A DNA stretch of 64,000 nt, from assembly GCA_965198695.1 (NCBI GenBank), contig CBDAPW010000002.1, positions 37,768 through 101,767 on the forward strand, written 5' to 3'. This DNA comes from Solirubrobacteraceae bacterium (GTDB lineage: Bacteria; Actinomycetota; Thermoleophilia; Solirubrobacterales; Solirubrobacteraceae). Positions 54,996 to 64,000 of this stretch are shown here, one piece after another; positions within the stretch are counted from its first letter, which is position 1, and each line of letters opens with the position of its first letter. The position numbers and the translations under genes were made by a program. The notes under the pieces were generated by a model, which was not told where the DNA came from, made no database searches, and saw only the letters and a list, made by a program, of their open reading frames with translations.

Positions 54996-56287
54996 TGGGT
55001 CCCCGTTCCCGCACAGCCGGACGGATCGGGGTCGGTGCTGACCGGCTCCGGCGACAGGCTCGCGACGTTGATCCCGGGGGCGGCGAGCACCAGGCTGAGG
55101 TTGGTGTAGGGGCCCAGGGCCCCGGTCTGGTCGGGGATGCTCTGGCCGAGGAAGCCACGCCAGTTGTGGGCGAACCCCTCGAAGTCACAGCCGTAGGGAC
55201 CGAGCGTGCTGAGCACCGGCGTGAGGTCGCCCAGCAGCGTCGAGAGGTGCGGCAGCTCGGGGTTCAGCGTCGCGGTCATCTGCTCGGTGGGGGCGATCGC
55301 GGGCTGGAGGTGGTCCAGCAGGGTCTTGGCCGCGCCCAAGGGCCGGCGTCCGGCCACCAGCACGTGGGTCAGGCTGGCCAGGGCGCGGGGGGCCAGGGCG
55401 GTGAACGCGGTGGCGCGCTCGGCGAAGCCCGAGACGTGGTGGAGCACCGTGTCGGTGCGTGACAGCGAGGCGTCGATCGAGGTCATGTCCGCCGGGGCGG
55501 TCTCGAGCAGGTGCGAGACGCTGGAGGACTCCACCTCCAGCGGCGCCAGGCTCTTGGCGCCCTGGCGCAGGCCGGGGGCGAAGTCGCCGCGCACGGCGTC
55601 GAGCTGGGCGGTGACGGCGTTGGCGCCCGCGATCAGCGCCGGGGTGGCGTCGCTGTCGAGCAGCGGGGTGATCCCGTTGCGCAGGTTCTCGAGGGTCGGG
55701 GGGGCGACCGACAGGGTCTGGTTGAGCTCGGGGCCGCGGCCCGCCAGGGCGTCGCCGAGGCCGTTGATCATCTGCTGGAGGTGCAGGCGGGCGGGCGGGG
55801 TGAGCCCGGCGGCCACGTCGGAGATCTGCTCCGCCGCGGAGGTGTGGGTGGCGGGGATGGTGCCGTCGTTGGGGATGGCGGCCCGGGAGTGGCCGGGGGT
55901 CAGCTCGACGTACTCGGCGCCGAGCAGGCCGCGGGGACGGATCCGGGCGCTCGTACCCACCGGCAGGTGCTTGGTGCCGGAGTTCATCTGCAGGTCGACG
56001 GTCGGCACGCCCTTGACGGTGCGCAGATCGACGACCTGGCCGACCAGGTGCCCGGCGATGGTGACATCGGCGCCGGTCTCCAGCGTGCCCACCGAGCGGA
56101 ACTGAGCTGACACGTTGTAGTAGGGCTTCAGCGGGATGCCGGTCGGCGCCTTGAAGGCGACGTAGAGCAGTCCGAAGGCGATGAGGATGGCCAGCGTGCC
56201 GGCGACGGTGAGCGCCATCTTGTGGCGTGCCTCGCGCCGTTTGGCCATGGCGCTGCCGCGGGTCATCTGGCGCCGGCGGGGGCTCAC
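54992..56287 (-). CDS. MCE family protein (third)
   Basis: LETGADVTIAGHLVGQV, RGLLGAEYVEL. Confidence 0.9.
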   Translation of the reverse strand: MSPRRRQMTRGSAMAKRREARHKMALTVAGTLAILIAFGLLYVAFKAPTGIPLKPYYNVSAQFRSVGTLETGADVTIAGHLVGQVVDLRTVKGVPTVDLQMNSGTKHLPVGTSARIRPRGLLGAEYVELTPGHSRAAIPNDGTIPATHTSAAEQISDVAAGLTPPARLHLQQMINGLGDALAGRGPELNQTLSVAPPTLENLRNGITPLLDSDATPALIAGANAVTAQLDAVRGDFAPGLRQGAKSLAPLEVESSSVSHLLETAPADMTSIDASLSRTDTVLHHVSGFAERATAFTALAPRALASLTHVLVAGRRPLGAAKTLLDHLQPAIAPTEQMTATLNPELPHLSTLLGDLTPVLSTLGPYGCDFEGFAHNWRGFLGQSIPDQTGALGPYTNLSLVLAAPGINVASLSPEPVSTDPDPSGCAGTGTH

Positions 56288-57783
56288 GAGCCGCCTCCGG
56301 TGAGGTAGCCGAGCAGGCTCTGCAGCGAGCCGGAGCTCGAGCTGGTCGTCGTGGTGGTGGATTGTGAGGTGGTGCTCGTTGGGGTGAGGCCGAGCTGGGA
56401 GGTGACGCCGTTGACCGTGCTGGAGACCCCTCCGAGCAGCTTGGTCACCGTGCTGGCGGCGCTCGCGCCGAGGTTCTGGGTGGCGCTGCTCAGCGTCTGG
56501 CCGAGGCCGGAGACCGGGTTGGACCCGCTTGAGCTCGAGCCGGAGCTGGTGCCGGCGGCGGCACCGGAGCCGGCGCTCGAGCTGGTCTTGGCCGGCTGGC
56601 TGACCGGGGTGGCGCTGGCGCTGCTGGCGCCGGTGATGAGCGGCGTGAGCTCGCTGATCAACTGCGGCGTCACCACCAGCGAGACGCGGAACTCGTGGCT
56701 GGCCGCGTCGTTGGTCTGGATCGCGCGGGCCCAGTTCTGCAGCGTGCCGAGGAAGTCGTCGATCCCCGCGTCGAGGCTGCTGGTCACCGAGCCGCTGGCC
56801 CCGGCCAGGGACTGCAGCTCCTCCAGGGTGGGCTTCAGCTTGGCGATGACCGGGGCGGCCTCATGTCCGAGGCTGATCAGCTGGGGGGCGATCGAGCGCA
56901 CCTCCCCGAGGGTCGGCAGGGCAGCGCTGGTGAAGCCGGGCAGCTCCTTCAGCGTCGCGGTCAGGGCGGGCGCCGTGGTCTCGAGCCCGCGTGCGGCGGG
57001 CCGCAGCTTCGCCCCGGCCACGTCGAGCCCGCGCAGGGTGGTGTCGAGGTGGGTGAGCAGCGCGGGGGAACGGGCCACGGTCTGGGCCAGGCCCTCGGCG
57101 TGGGTCGCGGTGGCGCTGAGCGCGCCCGAGGCGGTGGCCACGAAATGGGTGAGCGCGGTCTGGTGGGCGTCGAGGGTGGACAGCACGCCGTTGGCGTGGG
57201 TGATCAGACCGGTGAGCTGGCGGTTGGAGGCGTTCACCTGGTTGATCAGGTCCTTGGCGTCCGACAGCGACGGCGGCATCGCCGAGAGCAACTTCGACAC
57301 GTCGGCCCCGCGGCCGAACAGGGCGACGCCGGTCTCGTGGATGAGGATGGCCAGGCGGTCCTGCTCGGTGGGTCCGAGCACGTCGATGACCTGGTCGAAG
57401 TCGGTTGCCTCCTGGGTGTGGTCGGTCGCGATGGTGAAGCCCGCGCGGGCCGGTTGGCGACGGTTGCCGACGGAGAGGTCGACGTACTTCTCACCCAGGA
57501 GATCGGCCGGCCGGATCACCAAGCGCGCGTCGCGTCCGATCGGCGCGTCCTGTGGCTTGATGGCGATGGTCACCATGGCGTGGTCCTGGGGCGTGAGCTG
57601 CAGGGACTTCACCTCGCCCACCGCGATGCCGCCGACCTCGACCCGGGAGCCGGTCAGCAGCCCGTCGGCATCGGCCAGGTTGGCCCGCACCTCATAGCCG
57701 GGGGAGCCCGAGCTGAGCAGGACCACCACGACCGCGATGGCCGCGGCCGCCAACGCCGCCAACAGGGCCGCGCGCAGGGTCAC
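56284..57783 (-). CDS. MCE family protein (second) with Ser/Thr-rich tail
   Basis: GLLTGSRVEVGGIAVGEV, DLLGEKYVDL. GTG 57783. Confidence 0.9.
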   Translation of the reverse strand: MTLRAALLAALAAAAIAVVVVLLSSGSPGYEVRANLADADGLLTGSRVEVGGIAVGEVKSLQLTPQDHAMVTIAIKPQDAPIGRDARLVIRPADLLGEKYVDLSVGNRRQPARAGFTIATDHTQEATDFDQVIDVLGPTEQDRLAILIHETGVALFGRGADVSKLLSAMPPSLSDAKDLINQVNASNRQLTGLITHANGVLSTLDAHQTALTHFVATASGALSATATHAEGLAQTVARSPALLTHLDTTLRGLDVAGAKLRPAARGLETTAPALTATLKELPGFTSAALPTLGEVRSIAPQLISLGHEAAPVIAKLKPTLEELQSLAGASGSVTSSLDAGIDDFLGTLQNWARAIQTNDAASHEFRVSLVVTPQLISELTPLITGASSASATPVSQPAKTSSSAGSGAAAGTSSGSSSSGSNPVSGLGQTLSSATQNLGASAASTVTKLLGGVSSTVNGVTSQLGLTPTSTTSQSTTTTTSSSSGSLQSLLGYLTGGGS

Positions 57784-59093
57784 GGGTCCTCCGGATCGTC
57801 GGCGGCGGTGAGGCCGTCCTGCCCGGCTCCGCACTGGGGCTGGAACCAGCTGGAGCTGGTGCCGGCGTTGTAGCCGGGCGGCCGGATGAGGGCGTAGCCG
57901 ATGTCCGGGTTGCCCCCGACCAGCTGCGCCGGTGTCTCGGTCTGGTCGTTGAGAGCCGGGAAGACCTGGTACAGCGCGCGGGCGTAGTGCCCGGCGTTGT
58001 TGTAGCCCGACAGGAACGACTCCCAGTTCTCGACGAACCCGGAGGCTTCGGGGCCATAGGGCAGGAGGCAGGCCGCGATCGGCTCGGCCGTGTTCAGGGT
58101 GCTCTTGGCGCTGTCGAGCACCGGCTTGGCGGTATCGAGCAGGGTGGTCACCCGCGGGGCGGCCCGCTGGACGTCGACCAGCGTGGTGTTGAGCTCGGGG
58201 GCCACCGTGGTCAGCTCGGTGAGGGCGGAGTTCAGCGGTGAGGCCAGCGCCTTGAGCGCCACCGCGCCGGGCTTGATCTCGTCCACCAGCCGGTTGAGCT
58301 TGGTCAGGGTCGGGTTGACGCGCTGAAGCGCGGTCTGGGCGCTGTCCAGTGCCGGCGCCAGCTGCTTCAGCGTGGCCTGGGTCGCCCGCGCGTTCCCGGC
58401 GATCGTGGCGAAGGTATCGGCGGCGTCGTTGACCAGGCTGACCAGCTGGGGCTGCTGGGCGCGCAGGGCACCGGCGGTGCTGGCGCCGGCGAAGATGAGG
58501 TTCTCCAGCGCGTGGGGATCCTCGCCGAGCTGCTGGAGGACCCCGCTCACCGAGTTCAGGGCGGGTGCGGCCTTGGTCACCCCGGTGTGCAACGCCTTGG
58601 CCTGGTGGGCGAAGGTGCTGGCCCCGTTGTCGATGAGGCTGCCGAGCGATGCGCGGGTGGGGCCGTTGAAGACGTTGAAGAGCTGGTCGAACTCGACGGG
58701 TGTGACGGTGTCCTGGGTCGGCAGCCGCGCGCCGTTGGCGAGCACCGGATCCTTGGCCGGTCCGGGCAGCAGTTCGACGTAGCGGTTGGAGTAGGAGACC
58801 GTGCCGCCCCAGCGGATCTCCGCCCGCGTGCCCTGGCGCAGCGGCCACACCTTCGGGTTGGTGATGTGCAGCGCCACCGCGGCGAGCCCGTTGTCCAGGG
58901 TGATCGCGCCGACCGAGCCGACGGTCACGCCGCCGGCGGTGACGTTGGCGCCCGACACCAGGTTCGTCGCGCTCTGGAAGTTCGCCACGATGGTGTCCTG
59001 GGGCTTGGAGCTCCCCAACGCGTGGACGGCGATCAATGCCACCACCCCAATCAACACTAAACCCACCAAGATGCTCGACAAACGCTGACGCAC
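57780..59093 (-). CDS. MCE family protein (first, MceA position)
   Basis: NLVSGANVTAGGVTVGSV, NRYVELLPG. Confidence 0.9.
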   Translation of the reverse strand: MRQRLSSILVGLVLIGVVALIAVHALGSSKPQDTIVANFQSATNLVSGANVTAGGVTVGSVGAITLDNGLAAVALHITNPKVWPLRQGTRAEIRWGGTVSYSNRYVELLPGPAKDPVLANGARLPTQDTVTPVEFDQLFNVFNGPTRASLGSLIDNGASTFAHQAKALHTGVTKAAPALNSVSGVLQQLGEDPHALENLIFAGASTAGALRAQQPQLVSLVNDAADTFATIAGNARATQATLKQLAPALDSAQTALQRVNPTLTKLNRLVDEIKPGAVALKALASPLNSALTELTTVAPELNTTLVDVQRAAPRVTTLLDTAKPVLDSAKSTLNTAEPIAACLLPYGPEASGFVENWESFLSGYNNAGHYARALYQVFPALNDQTETPAQLVGGNPDIGYALIRPPGYNAGTSSSWFQPQCGAGQDGLTAADDPEDP

Positions 59094-59096
59094 AGT

Positions 59097-59879
59097 TCAG
59101 CCGCCGATCGGGAGCTTGGAGTTGGTGCCCCAGAACAGCAGCGACAACGAGCCGCCGATGAAGTGGATCATCACCAGGTTGACCATCATCGACTTGGCCG
59201 TGGCCTTGCCCACGCCAACCGGTCCGCCCGAGGCCGTGTACCCGTAGTAGGTCCCGACGAGGATGATCGTGACGCCGATGGCCATCGCCTTGACCAGTGA
59301 CTCGAAGTCGAGTCCCAGGGTGTGGGCGGGACCGAAGGCGCCGGACGCCCACCCGGCCCCCGAGTCGGTGCCCACCTGAACGACCACCACGAAGTAGCTG
59401 CCGAAGGTCCCGGCCGCCATCGCCATCAGGTAGGCGAGCGGCAGGACGATGATCGCGGCGAACAGCCGCGTGCCGACGATGTAGCGCATGGAGGGAATGC
59501 CCATCACCTCCATGGCGTCGATCTCCTCGGCGATGCGCATCGAGCCGATCTCGGCGACCAGACCGCAGCCGACCTTGGCCGCGAGGATGTAGCCGAACAT
59601 GTAGGGGAACATCTCGCGTTCGTCACACACCAGGCTGAACAGTCCCACGGCGCCGCTGGCGCCGAAGGACTTGCCCACATAGGAGGTGAACAGGCCGCAC
59701 TCACCGCCGATCACCACCTCCATCCCGACGAGGATCAGCGCCGAGCCGGTGAGCAGGATGCCGGCCTGGCGAAGGATCTCCGCCGCGTAGCGCAGCGTCG
59801 CGCCCAGCTCCAGGAGCGAGCGGACCGAGTGGCTGGTGATCCGGCCGATCTCCTCCGTCCCGTTGCGCAGTGCCGACAT
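59097..59879 (-). CDS. YrbE/MlaE family permease (YrbEB)
   Basis: AKVGCGLVAEIGSMRIAEEIDAMEVMG, GYTASGGPVGVGKAT. Confidence 0.95.
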   Translation of the reverse strand: MSALRNGTEEIGRITSHSVRSLLELGATLRYAAEILRQAGILLTGSALILVGMEVVIGGECGLFTSYVGKSFGASGAVGLFSLVCDEREMFPYMFGYILAAKVGCGLVAEIGSMRIAEEIDAMEVMGIPSMRYIVGTRLFAAIIVLPLAYLMAMAAGTFGSYFVVVVQVGTDSGAGWASGAFGPAHTLGLDFESLVKAMAIGVTIILVGTYYGYTASGGPVGVGKATAKSMMVNLVMIHFIGGSLSLLFWGTNSKLPIGG

Positions 59880-59915
59880 CTACACCGCCCCCGACATCGC
59901 TCGTACCGGCGTCAT
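59880..59915 (-). other. 12-codon mini-ORF (MTPVRAMSGAV*) exactly filling the yrbEA-yrbEB gap, in frame with both genes
   Basis: Minus strand: TAG|ATG ACG CCG GTA CGA GCG ATG TCG GGG GCG GTG TAG|ATG. Confidence 0.5.
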
Positions 59916-60737
59916 CTAGCGCAGTCCCGACAGGGCGGGGAACTCCGCCAGCAGCACCGAGGTGTAGGCGTAGTTGAAGATCCACAGGCCGGCGAAGGCG
60001 ATGACCACGGCCTGGTTGACCGCCCGCCCCACGCCCTGGGAGCCGCCCTCGGCGTTGAGGCCCTTGTAACAGCAGACCGCCCCGATGATCACGCCGAACA
60101 CGAGCGTCTTGAACATGCTCGCGAACAGCTCGGTGGGAACGAAGTTCGCCGCGAAGGTGGCCTCGAAGGAGGCGGCCGCCTCGTTGAACAGCAGCTTCAT
60201 CACGAGGATGCCCGACAGGGTGATCATGAGGATCGCCACCAGGTTGAGCAGCGGCGTCATGATGATCAGCGCGAGCATGCGGGGCAGCACGAGCTGCTTG
60301 ACCGGGTTGATGCCGAGCACGCGCATGGCGTCGAGTTCCTCGCGGATCTTGCGGGCCCCCAGGTCGGCGGTGATCGCCGTGCCGCCCACCCCGGCCACCA
60401 CCATCGCCGTCGCCCAGGTGGCCACCTCGCGCACCGCCGCGGTGACGAATACGCCGCCGGCCCGGTCAGGTGCCCCGAGCGTCTGGAACACGCCGCCGGC
60501 CTCGACCCCGATCGTGCCGAAGCCGAAGGCGAACACCGCCAGCGCGAGGGGCAGGATGCAGCGGACGAGGATGAGGTGGGACTCCTCGACGAACTCGCCG
60601 AACCAGTGATAGGGCCCGCGCACCAGCTCGCGGCCAGCCGAGAACGCCAGCAGGACCATGCCCCCGGCTTCGAGCACGGCGCTCCCTGCCGCCGTAACAG
60701 CGCGCGGCCGTGGGCCGCGCCAACTGATGACGCTCAT
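59916..60737 (-). CDS. YrbE/MlaE family permease (YrbEA)
   Basis: ITADLGARKIREELDAMRVLG, CYKGLNAEGGSQGVGRAVNQAVV. Start 60737 or 60659. Confidence 0.95.
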   Translation of the reverse strand: MSVISWRGPRPRAVTAAGSAVLEAGGMVLLAFSAGRELVRGPYHWFGEFVEESHLILVRCILPLALAVFAFGFGTIGVEAGGVFQTLGAPDRAGGVFVTAAVREVATWATAMVVAGVGGTAITADLGARKIREELDAMRVLGINPVKQLVLPRMLALIIMTPLLNLVAILMITLSGILVMKLLFNEAAASFEATFAANFVPTELFASMFKTLVFGVIIGAVCCYKGLNAEGGSQGVGRAVNQAVVIAFAGLWIFNYAYTSVLLAEFPALSGLR

Positions 60738-60834
60738 CCAGCACTCCCTCTCATCCCTGCCGTCGCCTCCCAGCGACACCTATCGGGCAACGTATCCGAC
60801 TGCGCAGGAGCTTGGCGCCGGTTCCATATCGCCG

Positions 60835-60873
60835 CCTGTGCTCGAAGCCCAGTCACCTGTGCTCGCGCCACAA
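60835..60873. promoter_or_regulatory. PucR/CdaR-type operator candidate
   Basis: CTGTGC-TCGCG-CCACAA (60857-60873) and CCTGTGCTCG direct repeat with 21-bp period. Confidence 0.55.
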
Positions 60874-60916
60874 CCCGGTGTGCGTCCGGGGGCTTAGCGT
60901 CCCAACGCTCACGTCC

Positions 60917-61612
60917 ATGAACCTCCACGGAGCGACCATCCTCATCACCGGTGGCGCGCGCGGGATCGGCCTGGCCACCGCCCGGGCGCTCAGCGCCCGC
61001 GGCGCACAGGTGGCGGTCGGCGACCTCGACGGCGACGCGGCGGCCGAGGCGATCGGCGCCGATGGCCTCGGCCTCGAGCTCGACGTCAGAGACCCGGACT
61101 CCTTCGCGCACTGCGTCGCCGCGGCGGAGGAGCAGCTCGGCACCATCGACGTGCTCATCAACAACGCCGGGGTGATGCCGATCGGGCCGTTCACCGCCGA
61201 GAGCCACGCCACCGCCCAGCAGATGATGGCGGTCAACGTGCTCGGGCCCATCACCGGGATGAAGCTCGTCCTGCCCGCCATGCTGGCGCGACGGCGCGGT
61301 CACATCGTGAACATCGCCTCGATCGCCGGCCGCGAGCCGGCGCCGGGGGGCACCACCTACTGCGCGAGCAAGGCGGCGGTGGTCATGCTCACCGAGTCCG
61401 CCCGCGTCGAGTACGCCGACTCGGGCATCGACTTCACCTGCGTCATGCCGTCGTTCACCGCCACGGAGCTGATCGCCGGCACCCAGGGCACGCGGTTCAT
61501 CCCCACGGTCTCACCCGAGGACGTCGCGGCCGCGATCACCGACGCCCGCGCCGCCTACCACGAGCGCGTGGCCGCGCCCACTGAGCTGTCCGCCTCAGGC
61601 CAGGACCGCTGA
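60917..61612 (+). CDS. SDR family oxidoreductase (possibly internally deleted C-terminus)
   Basis: TGGARGIG, NNAG, NIAS, YCASK, VMPS. 231 aa. Confidence 0.88.
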   Translation: MNLHGATILITGGARGIGLATARALSARGAQVAVGDLDGDAAAEAIGADGLGLELDVRDPDSFAHCVAAAEEQLGTIDVLINNAGVMPIGPFTAESHATAQQMMAVNVLGPITGMKLVLPAMLARRRGHIVNIASIAGREPAPGGTTYCASKAAVVMLTESARVEYADSGIDFTCVMPSFTATELIAGTQGTRFIPTVSPEDVAAAITDARAAYHERVAAPTELSASGQDR

Positions 61613-62851
61613 GCCGAGCTGGGCGGAGAGGACCAGGGCGGCGCGCAGCTCGGCCAACGGGGGCGCCGAACCGCGCGCGGCGAGCAGCTCCTCGCAGGTC
61701 TGGATGCGCGCGCCGACCGTGTTGGGGTGCACGCCGAGTCGGTGGGCGGTGTCGCGTCGGCTGTGCTCGCAGTCGAAGAACACGCGCAGGGTCGCCCGGA
61801 GGCGGGCGGACTCGTCGTCGTCACGGGCCAGGCGACCGAGCGTGTCGATGACGAACGCCCGGGTCCGATCCATGTCGTTGATGGCCAGCGCCGAGAGTTC
61901 CACGTCGCGGTAGAAGACGATGCTGCCGGGACGCCGCCCGGCGTGACGGGCGACCGCCATGGCGGCGATGGCGTCCTGGTGGGAGAGGCGGAAGCCCTCG
62001 GGTCCGCCGGCCGGGTCGCCCACCGCCACCGACACCCGGTCACGTCGCGCGGTGCGGGCCAGCGTCGCGGCCGGTCCGCGGTCGGACTCGTGGGTGGCGA
62101 TCCACGCCCAACCGCAGCTCGCATCGGAGAACACCAGCAACGGCGCCGTGCCCCCGACGGCGTGGGCGATCTCCTCGGCCGCCCGCTGGATCCGCTGGGT
62201 GGCGTCGCGCTCGCCCCCGAGCGTCCACAGCACCATTGCCGTGTGCTGGCGCTCGAGCTCATAGCCGAGCGCCCGACTCACCGCGTCGGGGTTGGCCGGC
62301 GTCGCGTTGAGCAGGGCGCGCACGGTGCGCGCCCGTCGCAGCTCGGTGCTGGCCAGCAGGCGCTGGCGCTCATCGGCGAACTCGGCGAACACCGCCCGGG
62401 TGTAGCCGTCGACGAAGGCGAAGGCCAGCTCGTCGGCCTTGGCCAAGGTCGCCCACCGCGTGCGCGTATCCAAGGCCAGGCGCTCGAACTCGGTCTCCCA
62501 CTGGCTCATCACCGCCGCCTGCCCGAGCTGGATCCAGCGCACGAGCGTTCGCTGGCTGACCTCGAGCTGGGCCAGGCCGCGCACGATGTCGACCGACAGC
62601 TCGGAGTGCTCGGTCCAGGCCGGCGGCTCGCCGCGGCGCACGGTCTCGATGAACGAACCGATGATCTCCGCGCCGACCCGGACGGTCTGGGCGGGGGTGC
62701 GGACCGCGGCGATCTCGGGCACCTCGCGGTGGAGCATGGCCGCGATCTCCGGGAGGATCTCCGTGAAGCGCAGCTCCAGGTTGGCGGTGGCGATGCGGAT
62801 CGCGTCATCGACCTCGAGCGGAGCCGTCGGCCGCGAGGTGGTGCTGGCCAT
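61595..62851 (-). CDS. PucR/CdaR family transcriptional regulator
   Basis: LGYELERQHTAMVLW, GPEGFRLSH, LRATLRVFFDC..TAHRLGVHPNTV..RI. Confidence 0.93.
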   Translation of the reverse strand: MASTTSRPTAPLEVDDAIRIATANLELRFTEILPEIAAMLHREVPEIAAVRTPAQTVRVGAEIIGSFIETVRRGEPPAWTEHSELSVDIVRGLAQLEVSQRTLVRWIQLGQAAVMSQWETEFERLALDTRTRWATLAKADELAFAFVDGYTRAVFAEFADERQRLLASTELRRARTVRALLNATPANPDAVSRALGYELERQHTAMVLWTLGGERDATQRIQRAAEEIAHAVGGTAPLLVFSDASCGWAWIATHESDRGPAATLARTARRDRVSVAVGDPAGGPEGFRLSHQDAIAAMAVARHAGRRPGSIVFYRDVELSALAINDMDRTRAFVIDTLGRLARDDDESARLRATLRVFFDCEHSRRDTAHRLGVHPNTVGARIQTCEELLAARGSAPPLAELRAALVLSAQLGSAVLA

Positions 62852-62903
62852 CGGCCAAGGCTAATGTCCCCACCCCGGCGCTGCGCAGGCATACTCGGGC
62901 GCC

Positions 62904-64000
62904 ATGGAATCGTGGGCATCGACGATCTGCACCAACGCGGATGCGATCGAGGCCGAGCTGCCGCGCTTCCTCGCGGCGACCGCTCGGGACGTCCACCGGA
63001 GCATCCCCACCCTGCCCTCGGATCCGCGCTCGCTCGCCGGCACGCGCCACTCGGTCCAGGACGGGAGCCTGGGGCTGCTCGACGCCTTCCGGCGCATGGC
63101 GCGGGAGGGCGCCGACAGCGAGCTGCTCGCGCGCGAGCTCGCCGGGCAGGAGCTCGAGGTCCTCATGCCCCACGTGGCGCGCGCGGTGCGGCGCCTCGCC
63201 CACACCGACACGCCGCTGGTCGAGGCGATCCGCATCGTGCAGATCATCCACCGCGGCTTCCTCGGCCGCTGGGACGCCGCCCTGTCCGAGCAGCCCGCGG
63301 ACCCGGCCGTGCTGCTCGACGCCGCCCGCCGCTCGCGCCGGCTGTCCTTCGTGTGGGCCGACGCCATGGTCCAGAAGGTCATCGAGGTGTTCGAGTCCGA
63401 GGCGGACCTGCTGGCGGGATCGGGCGAGTCCCGACGCATGGCGATCGTCGAGGCGCTGCTGACCGACGCCACCCACGCCGACGTCACGCCACTGAGCCGA
63501 CAGCTCGGTTACGACCTGAGCGCTCATCACCTCGGCCTGGTGCTGTGGAACGCCGAGGCGGCGGGGGAGGTCGACCTCCACCGCGCCGCCGACGCCCTGG
63601 CCGTCGCGCTCGGCGCCGGACCGGCGCGCCTGCTCATCCCGGTGACCCCGTCCCTGGTTCAGGTGTGGCTGGGGTTCACCGCCCCGCCCCACCCCGAGTC
63701 GATCGGCACGCTCGGCGACGCCCGCCTGCCCGCGGGCGTGTCGGTGGCCCTGGCCGGGCCCGCTCCCGGACCCGCCGGTTTCCGCCGGGTCCATCGCCAG
63801 GCCGACGATGCGTTCCGCTTCGCCCTGGCCACCCGGGCGACCCCGGGCGCGGTGATCGCCCACGACCGCATCCGCCTGGCCGCGCTGTTCGGCGACGACC
63901 CCGAGCGACTCGCCCGCTTCACCCGCCACCAGCTCGGCGAGCTGGCCGAGCCGAGTCCGGAGGCCGCCCGCCTGCGCCGGACCCTGGCGGTCTTCCTCGA
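62904..64000 (+). CDS. Second PucR/CdaR family regulator, truncated by the window end (absent from the ORF track)
   Basis: Read by eye from ATG 62904: MESWAST...LGYDLSAHHLGLVLW...GPAGFRRVHRQA...LRRTLAVFL. Confidence 0.88.
   Translation, partial: MESWASTICTNADAIEAELPRFLAATARDVHRSIPTLPSDPRSLAGTRHSVQDGSLGLLDAFRRMAREGADSELLARELAGQELEVLMPHVARAVRRLAHTDTPLVEAIRIVQIIHRGFLGRWDAALSEQPADPAVLLDAARRSRRLSFVWADAMVQKVIEVFESEADLLAGSGESRRMAIVEALLTDATHADVTPLSRQLGYDLSAHHLGLVLWNAEAAGEVDLHRAADALAVALGAGPARLLIPVTPSLVQVWLGFTAPPHPESIGTLGDARLPAGVSVALAGPAPGPAGFRRVHRQADDAFRFALATRATPGAVIAHDRIRLAALFGDDPERLARFTRHQLGELAEPSPEAARLRRTLAVFL

Noticed and set aside
56284-59352. 1022-aa ORF suggesting a giant Mce fusion
   Set aside because: The first 523 codons are an off-frame shadow of yrbEB/mceA. 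The real mce gene starts at GTG 57783
1-64000. Hundreds of long overlapping or antisense ORFs in the track (e.g. 32720-34189, 35772-37817, 38611-40668, 56351-57697)
   Set aside because: Shadow ORFs expected at this GC content. They are Arg/Gly/Pro-rich, lack motifs and lie over clearly recognisable genes

Overview
High-GC actinobacterial chromosomal segment. The style of the secreted proteins, Mce genes and regulators suggests Thermoleophilia/Solirubrobacterales (inference). It is densely coding, with about 55 genes. I recognised no rRNA, tRNA, CRISPR array, transposase or integrase. Blocks in order: (1) 0.2-12.9 kb oxidative biotransformation island (SDR, MFS, SnoaL, FAH, MBL hydrolase, two LLM monooxygenases, FAD monooxygenase, P450, three TetRs, two of them EthR-like, with visible operators). 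(2) 12.9-17.9 kb terC-htpX-dedA module behind a NarL-type two-component system with two response regulators. (3) 18-23.9 kb secreted repeat proteins, an EAL-LOV-GGDEF protein and yceI, with a duplicated yceI 3' remnant. (4) 24-33.5 kb GAF regulator plus ALDH, a PadR-controlled ligZ-like/hydrolase/catC-like/pobA operon, a MetE-core protein and a frameshifted disulfide reductase. (5) 33.5-47.2 kb uncharacterised glycoconjugate-modification system (GT-C, methyltransferase, DUF2064, Mo-oxidoreductase, ABC/FtsX, Tat phosphoesterase, GT2, epimerase, OmpR two-component system). (6) 47.4-51 kb secreted propeller protein, NmrA and TetR. (7) 51-64 kb complete yrbE2-mce6 operon, SDR and two head-to-head PucR/CdaR regulators. 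All family calls come from motif recognition by eye, with no database search. Many start codons were moved relative to the ORF track using RBS, overlap and domain evidence.
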